From Pseudomonadota bacterium (lineage in GTDB: Bacteria > Pseudomonadota > Gammaproteobacteria > Burkholderiales > Ferrovaceae): DNA of 40,000 bases. The notes under the pieces are model-generated. The model was not told the origin of the DNA, did no database searches, and saw nothing but the letters and a program-made list of their open reading frames with translations. The translations under genes and the position numbers were made by a program. The number at the start of each line of letters is the position of its first letter. The stretch's first letter is position 1. This document shows positions 25,616 through 35,473 of this stretch, one piece after another. The stretch lies in assembly GCA_021805445.1 (NCBI GenBank), contig JAJZFH010000047.1, positions 161,322-201,321 of the forward strand, read 5' to 3'.

Positions 25616-28285
25616 ATGATGGCATCATCCCCCAAGGATCACGATTCAGACCCCCAGGAAACTCAGGAATGGCTGGATGCGCTGGATGGCGTGCTCTTTG
25701 CCGAGGGACCGGAACGTGCTCATTTCCTGCTTGAACGACTGGTGGACAAAGCCCGTCGTTCGGGCGCCTTCCTGCCCTACAGCGCCAATACGGCCTACCT
25801 CAACACCATTCCGCCAGCGCTCGAAGAACCCATGCCCGGCGACCCGGAAATGGAGTATCGCATCCGTTCCCTGATTCGCTGGAATGCCTTGGCCATGGTA
25901 GTACGGGCCAACAAGGATGGGGAAGAACTGGGCGGACATATCGCCAGTTTTCAGTCGGCGGCCACCCTGTACGATGTGGGCTTCGACCACTTTTTTCGCG
26001 CGCCCACCCCGGAGCATGGGGGGGATGTGCTCTACACCCAGGGCCATTCAGCCCCGGGCATCTACGCTCGCGCCTTTCTGGAAGGGCGCTTGAGCGAAGA
26101 ACAATTGGCCCACTTCCGCCGCGAAGTGGAGGGCAAGGGGTTATCCAGTTATCCTCATCCGTGGCTCATGCCGGATTTCTGGCAAATGCCCACCGTCTCC
26201 ATGGGACTCGGTCCCCTCATGTCCATTTATCAGGCCCGTTTCATGAAATACCTGCAAAACCGCGGGTTGGCCCGGACCGAGGGGCGTAAGGTGTGGGCTT
26301 TCATGGGCGATGGAGAGATGGACGAACCCGAATCTCTGGGTGCCATTTCCCTGGCCGCCCGAGAAAACCTCGACAACCTGATCTTTGTGGTGAATTGCAA
26401 CCTGCAACGTCTCGATGGCCCCGTGCGCGGCAATGGCAAGATCATTCAGGAACTGGAAGCGGATTTCCGCGGTGCCGGCTGGAATGTCATCAAGGTGATC
26501 TGGGGGAGTCCTTGGGATGCCCTCATCGCCAAGGACACGAGCGGCTTGCTCCTGCAACGTATGATGGAAGCCGTGGATGGCGAATACCAAAGTTTCAAAG
26601 CGCGCGACGGCGCCTATGTGCGTCAGCATTTCTTCGGCAAGTATCCCGAGTTGCTGCGCCTGGTAGCCAACATGTCCGATGACGAGATCTGGCACCTGTC
26701 GCGTGGCGGACACGATGCCTTCAAAGTCTATAACGCCTATCGGGCGGCAGTGCGCCACAATGGCCAACCCACGGTAATCCTGGCCAAGACCATCAAAGGC
26801 TATGGCATGGGCGAAGCGGGCGAAGGTCAAAACATCACCCACCAACAAAAGAAAATGGGCGAAAGCGCTCTCAAGCAGTTCCGTAACCGTTTCAAACTCC
26901 CCATCGACGATACCGTGATCGCCGCCGCCCCCTTCTACCGCCCTGCCGACGACAGCCCGGAGATCCGCTATCTGCAGGAACGGCGTCAGGCTCTGGGCGG
27001 TTACCTGCCGGTGCGGCACAGCGCCAGTGCCCCGCTGGAGATCCCTCCTCTGGAGTATTTTGCGCCTTTGCTGGAGGCCAGCGGCGAACGTCATCTGTCC
27101 ACCACCATGGCCTTCGTGCGACTTCTTAATCTTCTCATCCGCGACAAGACACTGAGTCAGCGCATCGTCCCCATCGTTCCCGACGAATCGCGTACCTTCG
27201 GCATGGAGGGCATGTTCCGTAGTTTGGGTATCTATTCTTCCGTGGGGCAATTGTACGAACCGCAGGATCATGATCAACTGATGTACTACCGCGAAAGCGT
27301 GAACGGTCAGATCCTCCAGGAGGGGATCAATGAAGCCGGCGCTTTCTCCTCCTGGATCGCCGCCGCCACGTCTTATTCCACCCATGGCGTCACCACCCTC
27401 CCGTTCTATATTTTCTATTCCATGTTCGGTTTTCAGCGCGTCGGCGATCTGGCCTGGGCGGCAGGCGACATGCAGTGTCGCGGCTTCCTCATCGGCGGAA
27501 CGGCAGGACGGACCACCCTGAATGGCGAGGGGTTGCAGCACCAGGACGGACACAGCCAGGTTCATGCCTCTTTCATTCCCAACTGCATCTCCTATGACCC
27601 CACCTATGCCTATGAACTGGCGGTCATTATTCAAGACGGCCTGCAGCGCATGTTCCACGCCCAGGAAAACGTCTTTTACTACCTCACCACCATGAATGAA
27701 AACTATGCCCACCCGGCGCTCCCTGAAGGTACGCGGGAAGGCATTCTCAAAGGCATGTATCTGCTGCATGAACAGGCTGCTCCCACTGGTCCCTGCGTCC
27801 AGTTGCTGGGGTCGGGTACCATCCTGCGCGAGGTGGAGGCGGCGGCCCAACTGTTGGCCAAGGACTGGGGCGTGTCGAGCAACGTATGGAGTTGTCCCAG
27901 TTTCAACGAATTGGCCAGAGAAGGGCAGAATGTCCTGCGCCACAATCGCCATCACCCCGCAGAACCGGCACAGGTCCCCTACGTCACCCAGTGTCTGAAG
28001 GATACCCGTGGGCCAGTGATTGCGGCCACCGACTACATCAAAACCTTCACGGAACAAATCCGTGCCTTCGTGCCCCGGCGTTTCGTGACCCTGGGTACCG
28101 ATGGATTTGGTCGTTCCGACACGCGCGCCCAATTGCGCCATTTTTTCGAAGTAGACCGTTACTATGTGGTAGAAGCCGCACTCCATGCCCTGGCCGATGA
28201 GGGTGCGATCCCCTTGTCCCAAGTGGCCGAGGCGCAACGAAAATACGCCCTCGACCCCGCCAAACCGAATCCACTGAAGGTCTGA
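25616..28285 (+). CDS. aceE: Pyruvate dehydrogenase E1 component (homodimeric AceE type)
   Basis: 889-aa ORF with ..DPQETQEWLDALDGV.., ..GGHIASFQSAATLY.., ..GDGEMDEPES.. (ThDP-binding GDG) and ..GTDGFGRSD.., all hallmark AceE segments. Confidence 0.95.
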   Translation: MMASSPKDHDSDPQETQEWLDALDGVLFAEGPERAHFLLERLVDKARRSGAFLPYSANTAYLNTIPPALEEPMPGDPEMEYRIRSLIRWNALAMVVRANKDGEELGGHIASFQSAATLYDVGFDHFFRAPTPEHGGDVLYTQGHSAPGIYARAFLEGRLSEEQLAHFRREVEGKGLSSYPHPWLMPDFWQMPTVSMGLGPLMSIYQARFMKYLQNRGLARTEGRKVWAFMGDGEMDEPESLGAISLAARENLDNLIFVVNCNLQRLDGPVRGNGKIIQELEADFRGAGWNVIKVIWGSPWDALIAKDTSGLLLQRMMEAVDGEYQSFKARDGAYVRQHFFGKYPELLRLVANMSDDEIWHLSRGGHDAFKVYNAYRAAVRHNGQPTVILAKTIKGYGMGEAGEGQNITHQQKKMGESALKQFRNRFKLPIDDTVIAAAPFYRPADDSPEIRYLQERRQALGGYLPVRHSASAPLEIPPLEYFAPLLEASGERHLSTTMAFVRLLNLLIRDKTLSQRIVPIVPDESRTFGMEGMFRSLGIYSSVGQLYEPQDHDQLMYYRESVNGQILQEGINEAGAFSSWIAAATSYSTHGVTTLPFYIFYSMFGFQRVGDLAWAAGDMQCRGFLIGGTAGRTTLNGEGLQHQDGHSQVHASFIPNCISYDPTYAYELAVIIQDGLQRMFHAQENVFYYLTTMNENYAHPALPEGTREGILKGMYLLHEQAAPTGPCVQLLGSGTILREVEAAAQLLAKDWGVSSNVWSCPSFNELAREGQNVLRHNRHHPAEPAQVPYVTQCLKDTRGPVIAATDYIKTFTEQIRAFVPRRFVTLGTDGFGRSDTRAQLRHFFEVDRYYVVEAALHALADEGAIPLSQVAEAQRKYALDPAKPNPLKV

Positions 28286-28289
28286 CCCC

Positions 28290-30266
28290 ATGACACAAAA
28301 GAGCGGCTTATTAAAACAGATCAAGGAATTGCTTTTTGGCCCGGCGCGCGACCCCTTTGCACCGGAAACGCGTCAGCACATCGCCCTCATGGCCTTTTTC
28401 GCGTGGGTGGGACTGGGGGCCGATGGTCTATCCTCCTCGGCCTATGGACCGGAAGAAGCCTTCAAGGCCCTGGGCACTCATGTCCACCTCAGCCTCTACC
28501 TGGCCATTGCCACCGCCTTCACGGTTTTCCTCATTTCCACCGCCTATAACCAGGTCATCGAACTGTTTCCCACAGGCGGCGGCGGGTATAAGGTCGCCAC
28601 CCAACTGATCGGGCCTCACGCCGGTCTGATCAGTGGAGCTGCATTGATCGTGGATTATGTCCTGACCATCGCCATTTCCGTGGCCAGTGGGGTGGATGCC
28701 GTTTTCAGTTCCTTGCCCACGACCTGGCAAAGTCACAAACTGACCGTCGAACTGTTCCTCACCCTGTTTCTAATGTTCCTGAATCTGCGCGGCATGAAGG
28801 AGAGTATCAAGATCCTGACCCCCATCTTCATGGGCTTCGTCATCACCCATGTGCTGATCATCGTGTATGGGGTGGCCATCCGTGGAAACGAGATTCCCTC
28901 CATCGTTCATCAGACGCTGCATGAAACCTCTTCTCTGGCAGGCCAGATGGGTTGGGTCTTCGCGGCCTCCCTGTTCCTGCGCGCCTATTCCATGGGGGGC
29001 GGAACCTATACGGGGATCGAAGCGGTATCCAACAATGTCAATGTGCTCCAGGAACCCCGGGTGCATACCGGAAAACTGACCATGTTCTACATGGCCACTT
29101 CCCTGGCCTTCACGGCGGGGGGCATCATCCTGCTCTACCTGTTGTGGAATGCCGTGCCCTCCAGCAATGGCGAAACCCTGAATGCCGTCGCTTTCCGTTC
29201 GGTCATCGCATCCCTTGGGCTCAGCCCCGGACTCTCCTTCGCGCTCCTCACCACCGTCCTGGTCCTCGAGGGTGCGCTCCTGTATGTGGCCGCCAATACA
29301 GGCCTGCTGGGCGGCCCCGCCGTGCTGGCCAACATGGCCAACGACGGTTGGACACCTTCCCAGTTCAGTTCCCTGTCCAGTCGCCTGGTCACCAAGTACG
29401 GAATCCTTCTGATGGGCATGGCAGCCCTTTTCATCCTGCTCTGGAGTGGTGGCATCGTCGACTTGCTGGCGGTGCTCTACAGCATCAACGTCTTTCTCAC
29501 CTTCAGTCTCTCGCTCACGGGACTGACCCTGTACTGGTGGAAGCACCGCGAACATCCCCAATGGGCCCTTCGCCTCGGGGTTTCCGTGGTGGGATTGCTG
29601 GTGACTTCGAGCATCCTCGTCGTCACCCTGGCGGAAAAGTTTTTTGAAGGCGGGTGGATGACCCTCCTCATCACCAGCGCCGTCATCGGCGTGTGTCTGT
29701 TGATTCGCCAACATTACCGCGAAACAGCCGCCCAGATGGCCAAGGCCGACCATCTGCTGTCCCAACTCCCGGCCACCCCGGTAGCCATTCCCCCAACCCT
29801 CGATCCCTATGCGCCCACCGCCGTCTTTCTGATCAGTCGTTCCAAGGGAGCGGGCATGCATACCATCCTGTGGGTCCAGCGCCTCTTTCCGCACGTCTAC
29901 CGCAATTTCGTGTTCCTCAGCGTGGGTGCCGTGGATACCCAAAGTTATGGCGGAGAAGGATCGATCGAGGGGCTCAAAGCCTCCGTTCATTCCGCCTGCG
30001 ACTACTATGTCAATTTCTGCCATCAGAATGGCATCGCCGCCAAATCCTACGAAGCCTATGGCACGGACCGGATCGCCGAACTCACCCGCTTGTCCGAGCA
30101 GGTCCATGAAGAATTTCCCAACAGCATCTTTTTTGCCAGCAAGTTGATCTTCGTCCACGATAACTGGCTGACACGCATCCTGCATAATCAAACCGCCCTG
30201 CAAATGCAACGGCTCCTTCATCTCCAGGGGATGACCATGGTGATCCTGCCCATGAAAGTCGACTGA
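28290..30266 (+). CDS. APC-superfamily permease with a C-terminal cytoplasmic domain (KimA/YdaO-like architecture, possibly a K+ or amino-acid transporter)
   Basis: 658-aa ORF whose N-terminal roughly 450 aa is polytopic. Segments ..GADGLSSSAYGPEEA.., ..FPTGGGGYKV.., ..IVDYVLTIAISVASGVDA.., ..FLNLRGMKES.. and the C-terminal ..ILHNQTALQMQRLL.. resemble my recollection of B. subtilis KimA. This is unverified. Confidence 0.7.
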   Translation: MTQKSGLLKQIKELLFGPARDPFAPETRQHIALMAFFAWVGLGADGLSSSAYGPEEAFKALGTHVHLSLYLAIATAFTVFLISTAYNQVIELFPTGGGGYKVATQLIGPHAGLISGAALIVDYVLTIAISVASGVDAVFSSLPTTWQSHKLTVELFLTLFLMFLNLRGMKESIKILTPIFMGFVITHVLIIVYGVAIRGNEIPSIVHQTLHETSSLAGQMGWVFAASLFLRAYSMGGGTYTGIEAVSNNVNVLQEPRVHTGKLTMFYMATSLAFTAGGIILLYLLWNAVPSSNGETLNAVAFRSVIASLGLSPGLSFALLTTVLVLEGALLYVAANTGLLGGPAVLANMANDGWTPSQFSSLSSRLVTKYGILLMGMAALFILLWSGGIVDLLAVLYSINVFLTFSLSLTGLTLYWWKHREHPQWALRLGVSVVGLLVTSSILVVTLAEKFFEGGWMTLLITSAVIGVCLLIRQHYRETAAQMAKADHLLSQLPATPVAIPPTLDPYAPTAVFLISRSKGAGMHTILWVQRLFPHVYRNFVFLSVGAVDTQSYGGEGSIEGLKASVHSACDYYVNFCHQNGIAAKSYEAYGTDRIAELTRLSEQVHEEFPNSIFFASKLIFVHDNWLTRILHNQTALQMQRLLHLQGMTMVILPMKVD

Positions 30267-30332
30267 GCCCCGCCTCGATGCTGCATACCTTCCCTTCCCG
30301 CCCCTTCATGCCCCCCACCTGATCTCCCGTTC

Positions 30333-31307
30333 ATGGACCTCTCTTCCACCACCTATCCTTTATTTCGCCATCTGAATTCCTGGCTCTCCCCTGGAGGCAG
30401 TGCTGGCACCTTGTCCATCCTGATCTACCACCGTGTACTGCCCAAACCCGACCCCCTCTTTCCGGATGAGGTGGATGCCTTACGTTTTGACGCGCAATTG
30501 AACCTGCTCAAGAACGTTTTTCACCTCCTTCCCTTACCCGAAGCGGTGGACAGGCTGAAAAACCATACCTTGCCCCCGCGCGCTGCCTGCCTCACCTTCG
30601 ACGACGGGTATGCCGACAACGCCTCCATCGCTCTCCCTCTGCTGAAAAAGCATGGGGTCTGCGCCACTTTTTTCGTGGCCTCGGGCTATTTGAACGGGGG
30701 ATGCATGTTCAATGATCGCGCCATCGAGTTGATCCGTCATCACCCTGCAGAATCCATTGATCTTCGCTTTCTTGAATTGGGGTCACTTCCGCTGACGACC
30801 CTGGAAGAACGGCAAACCGCCCTTCAAACCCTGCTACGACGCCTCAAATACGAAGCACCGGAAGTGCGTTGCGACCATCTCCACCATCTCGAAACGCAAC
30901 TGGGGTTCACGCCCCCCTCCGATCTCATGATGCATGATGCCCAAGTTTTGTCTCTGCACCAGGCGGGGATGAGCATAGGGGGACATACGGTCAATCATCC
31001 CATCTTGACCTCCCTTCCTCCCGCCGTTGCCCGCCGGGAAATCGAGCAGAACCGTTCCTACTTGACCCGGTTGCTGGGCGACCCTCCTGCCTTGTTCGCC
31101 TACCCCAATGGAAAATTCGGTCAGGACTATCGTCAGGAACACGCCGACATGGTGCGTGAAATGGGGTACTCGGCGGCGCTCTCCACTGAGCCGGGCATCG
31201 CACGGCGGGAAAGCGATCTGTTTCATTTGCCGCGTTTCACCCCCTGGGAGCGCTCGCTCCTGCGTTTCTCCCTGCGTCTCAGTCAAAACGTGTGGACCCA
31301 TTCCTGA
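30333..31307 (+). CDS. Polysaccharide deacetylase family protein (NodB homology domain)
   Basis: ..ILIYHRV.., ..ACLTFDDGYADN.. (the TFDDG metal/catalytic motif), ..ATFFV.. and ..GGHTVNHPIL... Confidence 0.8.
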   Translation: MDLSSTTYPLFRHLNSWLSPGGSAGTLSILIYHRVLPKPDPLFPDEVDALRFDAQLNLLKNVFHLLPLPEAVDRLKNHTLPPRAACLTFDDGYADNASIALPLLKKHGVCATFFVASGYLNGGCMFNDRAIELIRHHPAESIDLRFLELGSLPLTTLEERQTALQTLLRRLKYEAPEVRCDHLHHLETQLGFTPPSDLMMHDAQVLSLHQAGMSIGGHTVNHPILTSLPPAVARREIEQNRSYLTRLLGDPPALFAYPNGKFGQDYRQEHADMVREMGYSAALSTEPGIARRESDLFHLPRFTPWERSLLRFSLRLSQNVWTHS

Positions 31308-31310
31308 GTT

Positions 31311-32897
31311 TCAATGTTTCTCCCGCACCGGTCGTTTCAGGGCATACACCACGGGGATGAATACCAGGGCCAAGGTACCCAGCAAGCGAAAGTCATCCAT
31401 GAAGGAAAGCAAACTGGCCTGTCTTTGCACGGTGGCATACAACAAGGCGTGTGCCACCGCCACCGCATGACTGCTGGCCCCCGCCAACTGATGGACCATG
31501 CCGGACAGCCATGTCTGGGTCGCCGTGGAGGGATCGGTCAAATGAGTCGTCAGAACGCTCTGATGACGTTGCGTCCCGCGCGTCAGCCAGGTTTGAACCA
31601 GGGATATGCCAAAACTCCCTCCCAGATTGCGCGATAAATTGATGATGGCCGAGGCATTGCTGCTTTTGTCCGGGGGTACCCATGAGTAAGCTGCCGCATT
31701 GACCGGTACGAATAGAAACCCCAACCCGATCCCCTGCAGGATTCTCAAAGTCGCCAAAGACCAGTAATCCGCCTGCAAATTCATCTGGGAAAAAAGATAC
31801 AAAGCCACCCCGTTACACAATAACCCAAAAGCAATCATGTGACGAACATCCACCTTGTTGATGGCCCATCCCACGAAGGGTAATACCAACAACACGGTCA
31901 ATGCGCCAGGAGACAACAACATTCCCGCCTGAGTGGCAGAATACCCCATCAGGGTCTGGACCCACATAGGAAGGAGCACCGTACTGCCAAACAGGACAAA
32001 TCCCACGAGAAACATCAAGATGTTGCTGAACAGAAAGTTTCTTTCCTTGAGCAGATTGAAATCCACCATCGGGTACTGTTGACGGGTTTCCCAAAAGGGC
32101 AGGATAAGCAGTGCCAATGTCGACAGTGCTGACATCAGCATGATGAAGGGCGATGAAAACCAGTCATCTTGCTGCCCTCGGTCCAGCACCACCTGCAAAC
32201 AGCCAAATCCCACCGACAACAACACGAACCCTTTCCAGTCGACCTTGAGACCCTGGCGCCGAAATTGGACACTCTGTTCAACCAATGCCGGAGGATCCGA
32301 CAATAGCCGCCGTGACAGATACAAGGACAGAAACCCTACGGGAACGTTGATCAGGAAGATCCAGCGCCAGGAAAAGGTATCCGTTATCCATCCGCCGATG
32401 GTCGGACCAATGGCCGGTGCCAAAACAGTAGTAATACCATAGACCGCAAAGGCCATACCCCGTTTCGAGAGGGGAAAGCTGTCCGTCAGAATGGCTTGAG
32501 AACTGGGCTGCAATCCCCCACCACCGATGCCTTGCAGGGTACGAAACAGGATCAGGGTAGTTAGATTGGGGGCCATGCCACACAGCAACGAACTGACGGA
32601 AAACATGGCCACGCAGAACAGGTAGAAACGGCGACGCCCGAAGAGCATGGATAGCCAACCGCTCATGGGCAAGACGATGGCGTTGGCCACCATGTAAGAG
32701 GTCAGTACCCACACGGCTTCGTCTTCGCTCACGGACAGATCGCCGGCAATGTGACGCAACGCCACATTGGCAATGGAAATATCGAGGACCTCCATAAAGG
32801 TCGTCAAAGCCACGGTCACGGCCACCCACCATGGGTTGATCAGATCTCCACGAAAATTACGGGGGGGGGAAAACGCACCCATCGGGGAAGCCGCCAT
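31311..32897 (-). CDS. DHA2-family MFS efflux permease (EmrB/QacA type, 14-TM)
   Basis: 528-aa ORF with ..VALTTFMEVLDISIANVALRHIAGDL.., ..LFGRRRFYL.. and ..RTLQGIGGGGL.., typical of EmrB. No adjacent EmrA-type gene is present. Confidence 0.85.
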   Translation of the reverse strand: MAASPMGAFSPPRNFRGDLINPWWVAVTVALTTFMEVLDISIANVALRHIAGDLSVSEDEAVWVLTSYMVANAIVLPMSGWLSMLFGRRRFYLFCVAMFSVSSLLCGMAPNLTTLILFRTLQGIGGGGLQPSSQAILTDSFPLSKRGMAFAVYGITTVLAPAIGPTIGGWITDTFSWRWIFLINVPVGFLSLYLSRRLLSDPPALVEQSVQFRRQGLKVDWKGFVLLSVGFGCLQVVLDRGQQDDWFSSPFIMLMSALSTLALLILPFWETRQQYPMVDFNLLKERNFLFSNILMFLVGFVLFGSTVLLPMWVQTLMGYSATQAGMLLSPGALTVLLVLPFVGWAINKVDVRHMIAFGLLCNGVALYLFSQMNLQADYWSLATLRILQGIGLGFLFVPVNAAAYSWVPPDKSSNASAIINLSRNLGGSFGISLVQTWLTRGTQRHQSVLTTHLTDPSTATQTWLSGMVHQLAGASSHAVAVAHALLYATVQRQASLLSFMDDFRLLGTLALVFIPVVYALKRPVREKH

Positions 32898-33131
32898 TCA
32901 AACAAGTCTCCGTATCACACACCCATGCAACCATTGAAATTCGGGCATGATTCCACACGATCACCCCGAAATGCCAAAGTGTCACGTTAACACAAAGTGG
33001 GCAGAAAAATGAGGACGCCGTTCGCTACGCAGTTCTCACCCCTCAATCTGTTCCAAATTTTGGGTAGCGTAAATATCCTTGTATGGGTTATCCTCACGGC
33101 TCAATCGATGAATCACTGTTCAGGAGGCATC

Positions 33132-34427
33132 ATGTCTGTGGTGGGTGAAGAGAGGATTATTTCCGTAGTCGGTCTGGGTTACGTGGGATTACCCGTGGCC
33201 GTAGCCTTTGGCAAGGTGCGCCGAACCATTGGATTTGACATCAATCCCTTGAGAATCCGTGAGTTGCGCTCTGGACATGACCGGACAGGAGAAGTCGAAG
33301 AGGGGGACCTCGATAAAGCGGATATTCTGTATACCGACCAGATCAGCGAACTCCAGCTGGCCAATTTCCATATCGTCGCCGTCCCGACCCCCGTCAACGA
33401 CGCCAATCAACCCGACCTCACCCCCATGTTGAAAGCCTCGGGAACGGTGGGAAGTGCCTTGAAGAAGGGGGATATCGTCGTTTATGAATCCACGGTCTAC
33501 CCCGGAGTCACGGAAGAGGAATGCGTCCCCATTCTGGAAGCAAAATCCGGCCTGAAATGTGGTGTCGATTTCAAGGTAGGCTATAGTCCTGAACGCATCA
33601 ACCCCGGGGACAAGGAACACACCTTTACCAAGATCAAGAAGGTGGTATCGGGACAGGATACCGAAACCTGCGAGATCGTCGCTCGGGTCTACGAATCCGT
33701 GGTCACGGCGGGCGTTCACCGCGCCCCCTCCATCAGGGTAGCCGAGGCCGCCAAGGTCATCGAGAACACGCAACGGGACCTGAATATCGCCTTGATGAAT
33801 GAACTGGCCCTGATTTTCGATCTGATGAACATCGATACCAATGCCGTACTGGAAGCCGCCGGAACCAAATGGAACTTTCTCAAGTTCAAACCAGGCCTGG
33901 TCGGCGGTCACTGCATCGGGGTAGATCCCTATTATCTCACCCATAAAGCCGAAAAATTGGGATACATTCCCCAGGTCATCCTTTCCGGGCGACGCATCAA
34001 CAATGGCATGGGGAAATTCGTGGCCCAGCGGTGTGTCAAGGAAATGGTCCATGCCGGGCATGTCATCTCGGGCAGTCGTGTCACCGTCCTCGGACTCACC
34101 TTCAAGGAAAACTGCCCGGATCTGCGGAATTCCAAGGTCATTGATATCATCCATGAATTACAGGATTATGGCATCGAGGTACAGATCCATGACCCCCTGG
34201 CAGACCCCCACGAAGCCGAAGAAGAATACGGCGTTTCCATCACCCCTACCGTTGCCCTGAAACCTGCGGCAGCCGTCATTCTGGCCGTGGCCCACGACGA
34301 ATATCGGACCCTCCAGACCGCAGGAATCTTGGCCCTGATGGGCGATTGTCCCGTTCTGATCGATGTCAAGGGTCTTTTTTCCCGCGACGATTTCTCTCAT
34401 TCCACCCTGCGTCTCTGGCGGCTATGA
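33132..34427 (+). CDS. Nucleotide-sugar 6-dehydrogenase, UDP-N-acetylhexosamine type (TviB/WbpO/VipA-like)
   Basis: ..[17 protein letters not shown].. (NAD fold), catalytic Cys ..[14 protein letters not shown].. and ..[17 protein letters not shown]... The ATG at 33132 is preceded by CAGGAGG. The longer track start at 32997 is rejected. Confidence 0.88.
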   Translation: MSVVGEERIISVVGLGYVGLPVAVAFGKVRRTIGFDINPLRIRELRSGHDRTGEVEEGDLDKADILYTDQISELQLANFHIVAVPTPVNDANQPDLTPMLKASGTVGSALKKGDIVVYESTVYPGVTEEECVPILEAKSGLKCGVDFKVGYSPERINPGDKEHTFTKIKKVVSGQDTETCEIVARVYESVVTAGVHRAPSIRVAEAAKVIENTQRDLNIALMNELALIFDLMNIDTNAVLEAAGTKWNFLKFKPGLVGGHCIGVDPYYLTHKAEKLGYIPQVILSGRRINNGMGKFVAQRCVKEMVHAGHVISGSRVTVLGLTFKENCPDLRNSKVIDIIHELQDYGIEVQIHDPLADPHEAEEEYGVSITPTVALKPAAAVILAVAHDEYRTLQTAGILALMGDCPVLIDVKGLFSRDDFSHSTLRLWRL

Positions 34428-35452
34428 CCACGCACTACGACCTCATTCAAAACGAGATTCAGGCAACGCCACGACGTTGGGCTGTCACCGGGGTGGCGGG
34501 GTTCATTGGTTCCAACCTGCTCGAGACCTTGCTTCGACTGGATCAGACGGTCGTGGGATTGGATAACTTTTCCACCATCGACGACCGTAACCTGAAGCAG
34601 GTCCAGAAACTGGTCGGAGAATCCCGCTGGAAAAACTTCACTTTTTTCAAGGGAGACATCCGCCACCTCGACGATTGTCAACGAGTCTGTGACCGGGCGG
34701 ATATCGTGTTGCATCAGGCTGCCCTGGGCAGTGTTCCCCGTTCCATCGAGGACCCTCTGACCACCCATGCCAGCAACATCGATGGATTCCTCAACATGCT
34801 GAGAACGGCGCAACTCATGGGGATTGAACGCTTCATCTATGCCGCGTCGAGTTCCACTTATGGGGATCATCCCGGACTTCCCAAAAAAGAGGAGATCATC
34901 GGCAACCCTCTCTCCCCCTACGCCGTCACGAAACTGGTCAATGAACTCTATGCACAGGTCTTTGACCGGGTCTATCAGTTCAAAGCCACTGGTCTGCGCT
35001 ATTTCAATGTCTTCGGTCCCCGTCAAAATCCGGAGGGCGCTTATGCTGCCGTCATTCCCAAGTGGTTTGGCGGACTATTGAAAGGAAATCCAATCGATAT
35101 CAATGGCGATGGTGAAACCAGCCGCGATTTCTGTTACATCGACAATGTCGTTCAAGCCAATCTTCTGGCGGCTTGTACGGAACAGCCTGAGGCTCTGGGA
35201 CAGGTCTATAACATCGCCTACTCGGAATCCACCACTCTCAACCAGTTGTACGCCCTGATCTGCGCCCAACTGAAGCAGCGATCTCCTTCCTGGGAGATCC
35301 CCCGCCCCCGTTACCGGGATTTTCGGGCAGGAGATGTTCGCCATTCCCTGGCGGACATTCACAAGGCCCGGCGACTCCTGGGTTACGAGCCCCGTTTCTC
35401 GGTCAAGGAAGGATTGGAAAAGGCCGCGGACTGGTACACGCACAATCTGTGA
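34424..35452 (+). CDS. NAD-dependent 4-epimerase of the TviC/WbpP type (UDP-GlcNAc(A) to UDP-GalNAc(A))
   Basis: ..[19 protein letters not shown].., ..[13 protein letters not shown].., ..[10 protein letters not shown].., ..[11 protein letters not shown].. and ..[23 protein letters not shown]... The ATG at 34424 overlaps the upstream stop (ATGA). Confidence 0.88.
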   Translation: MTTHYDLIQNEIQATPRRWAVTGVAGFIGSNLLETLLRLDQTVVGLDNFSTIDDRNLKQVQKLVGESRWKNFTFFKGDIRHLDDCQRVCDRADIVLHQAALGSVPRSIEDPLTTHASNIDGFLNMLRTAQLMGIERFIYAASSSTYGDHPGLPKKEEIIGNPLSPYAVTKLVNELYAQVFDRVYQFKATGLRYFNVFGPRQNPEGAYAAVIPKWFGGLLKGNPIDINGDGETSRDFCYIDNVVQANLLAACTEQPEALGQVYNIAYSESTTLNQLYALICAQLKQRSPSWEIPRPRYRDFRAGDVRHSLADIHKARRLLGYEPRFSVKEGLEKAADWYTHNL

Positions 35453-35473
35453 GTTCGTTTCCACAAACCCATC

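Noticed and set aside
26141-28324. 727-aa ORF on the minus strand covering almost all of aceE
   Set aside because: It is antisense to a gene with unmistakable AceE motifs. Its translation is a low-complexity G/R/H/Q/A-rich string with no recognisable motif. Long stop-free antisense frames are expected in GC-rich genes.
28770-30221. 483-aa minus-strand ORF antisense to the APC permease
   Set aside because: It is an antisense artefact with a G/D/E/H/Q-rich product and no motif.
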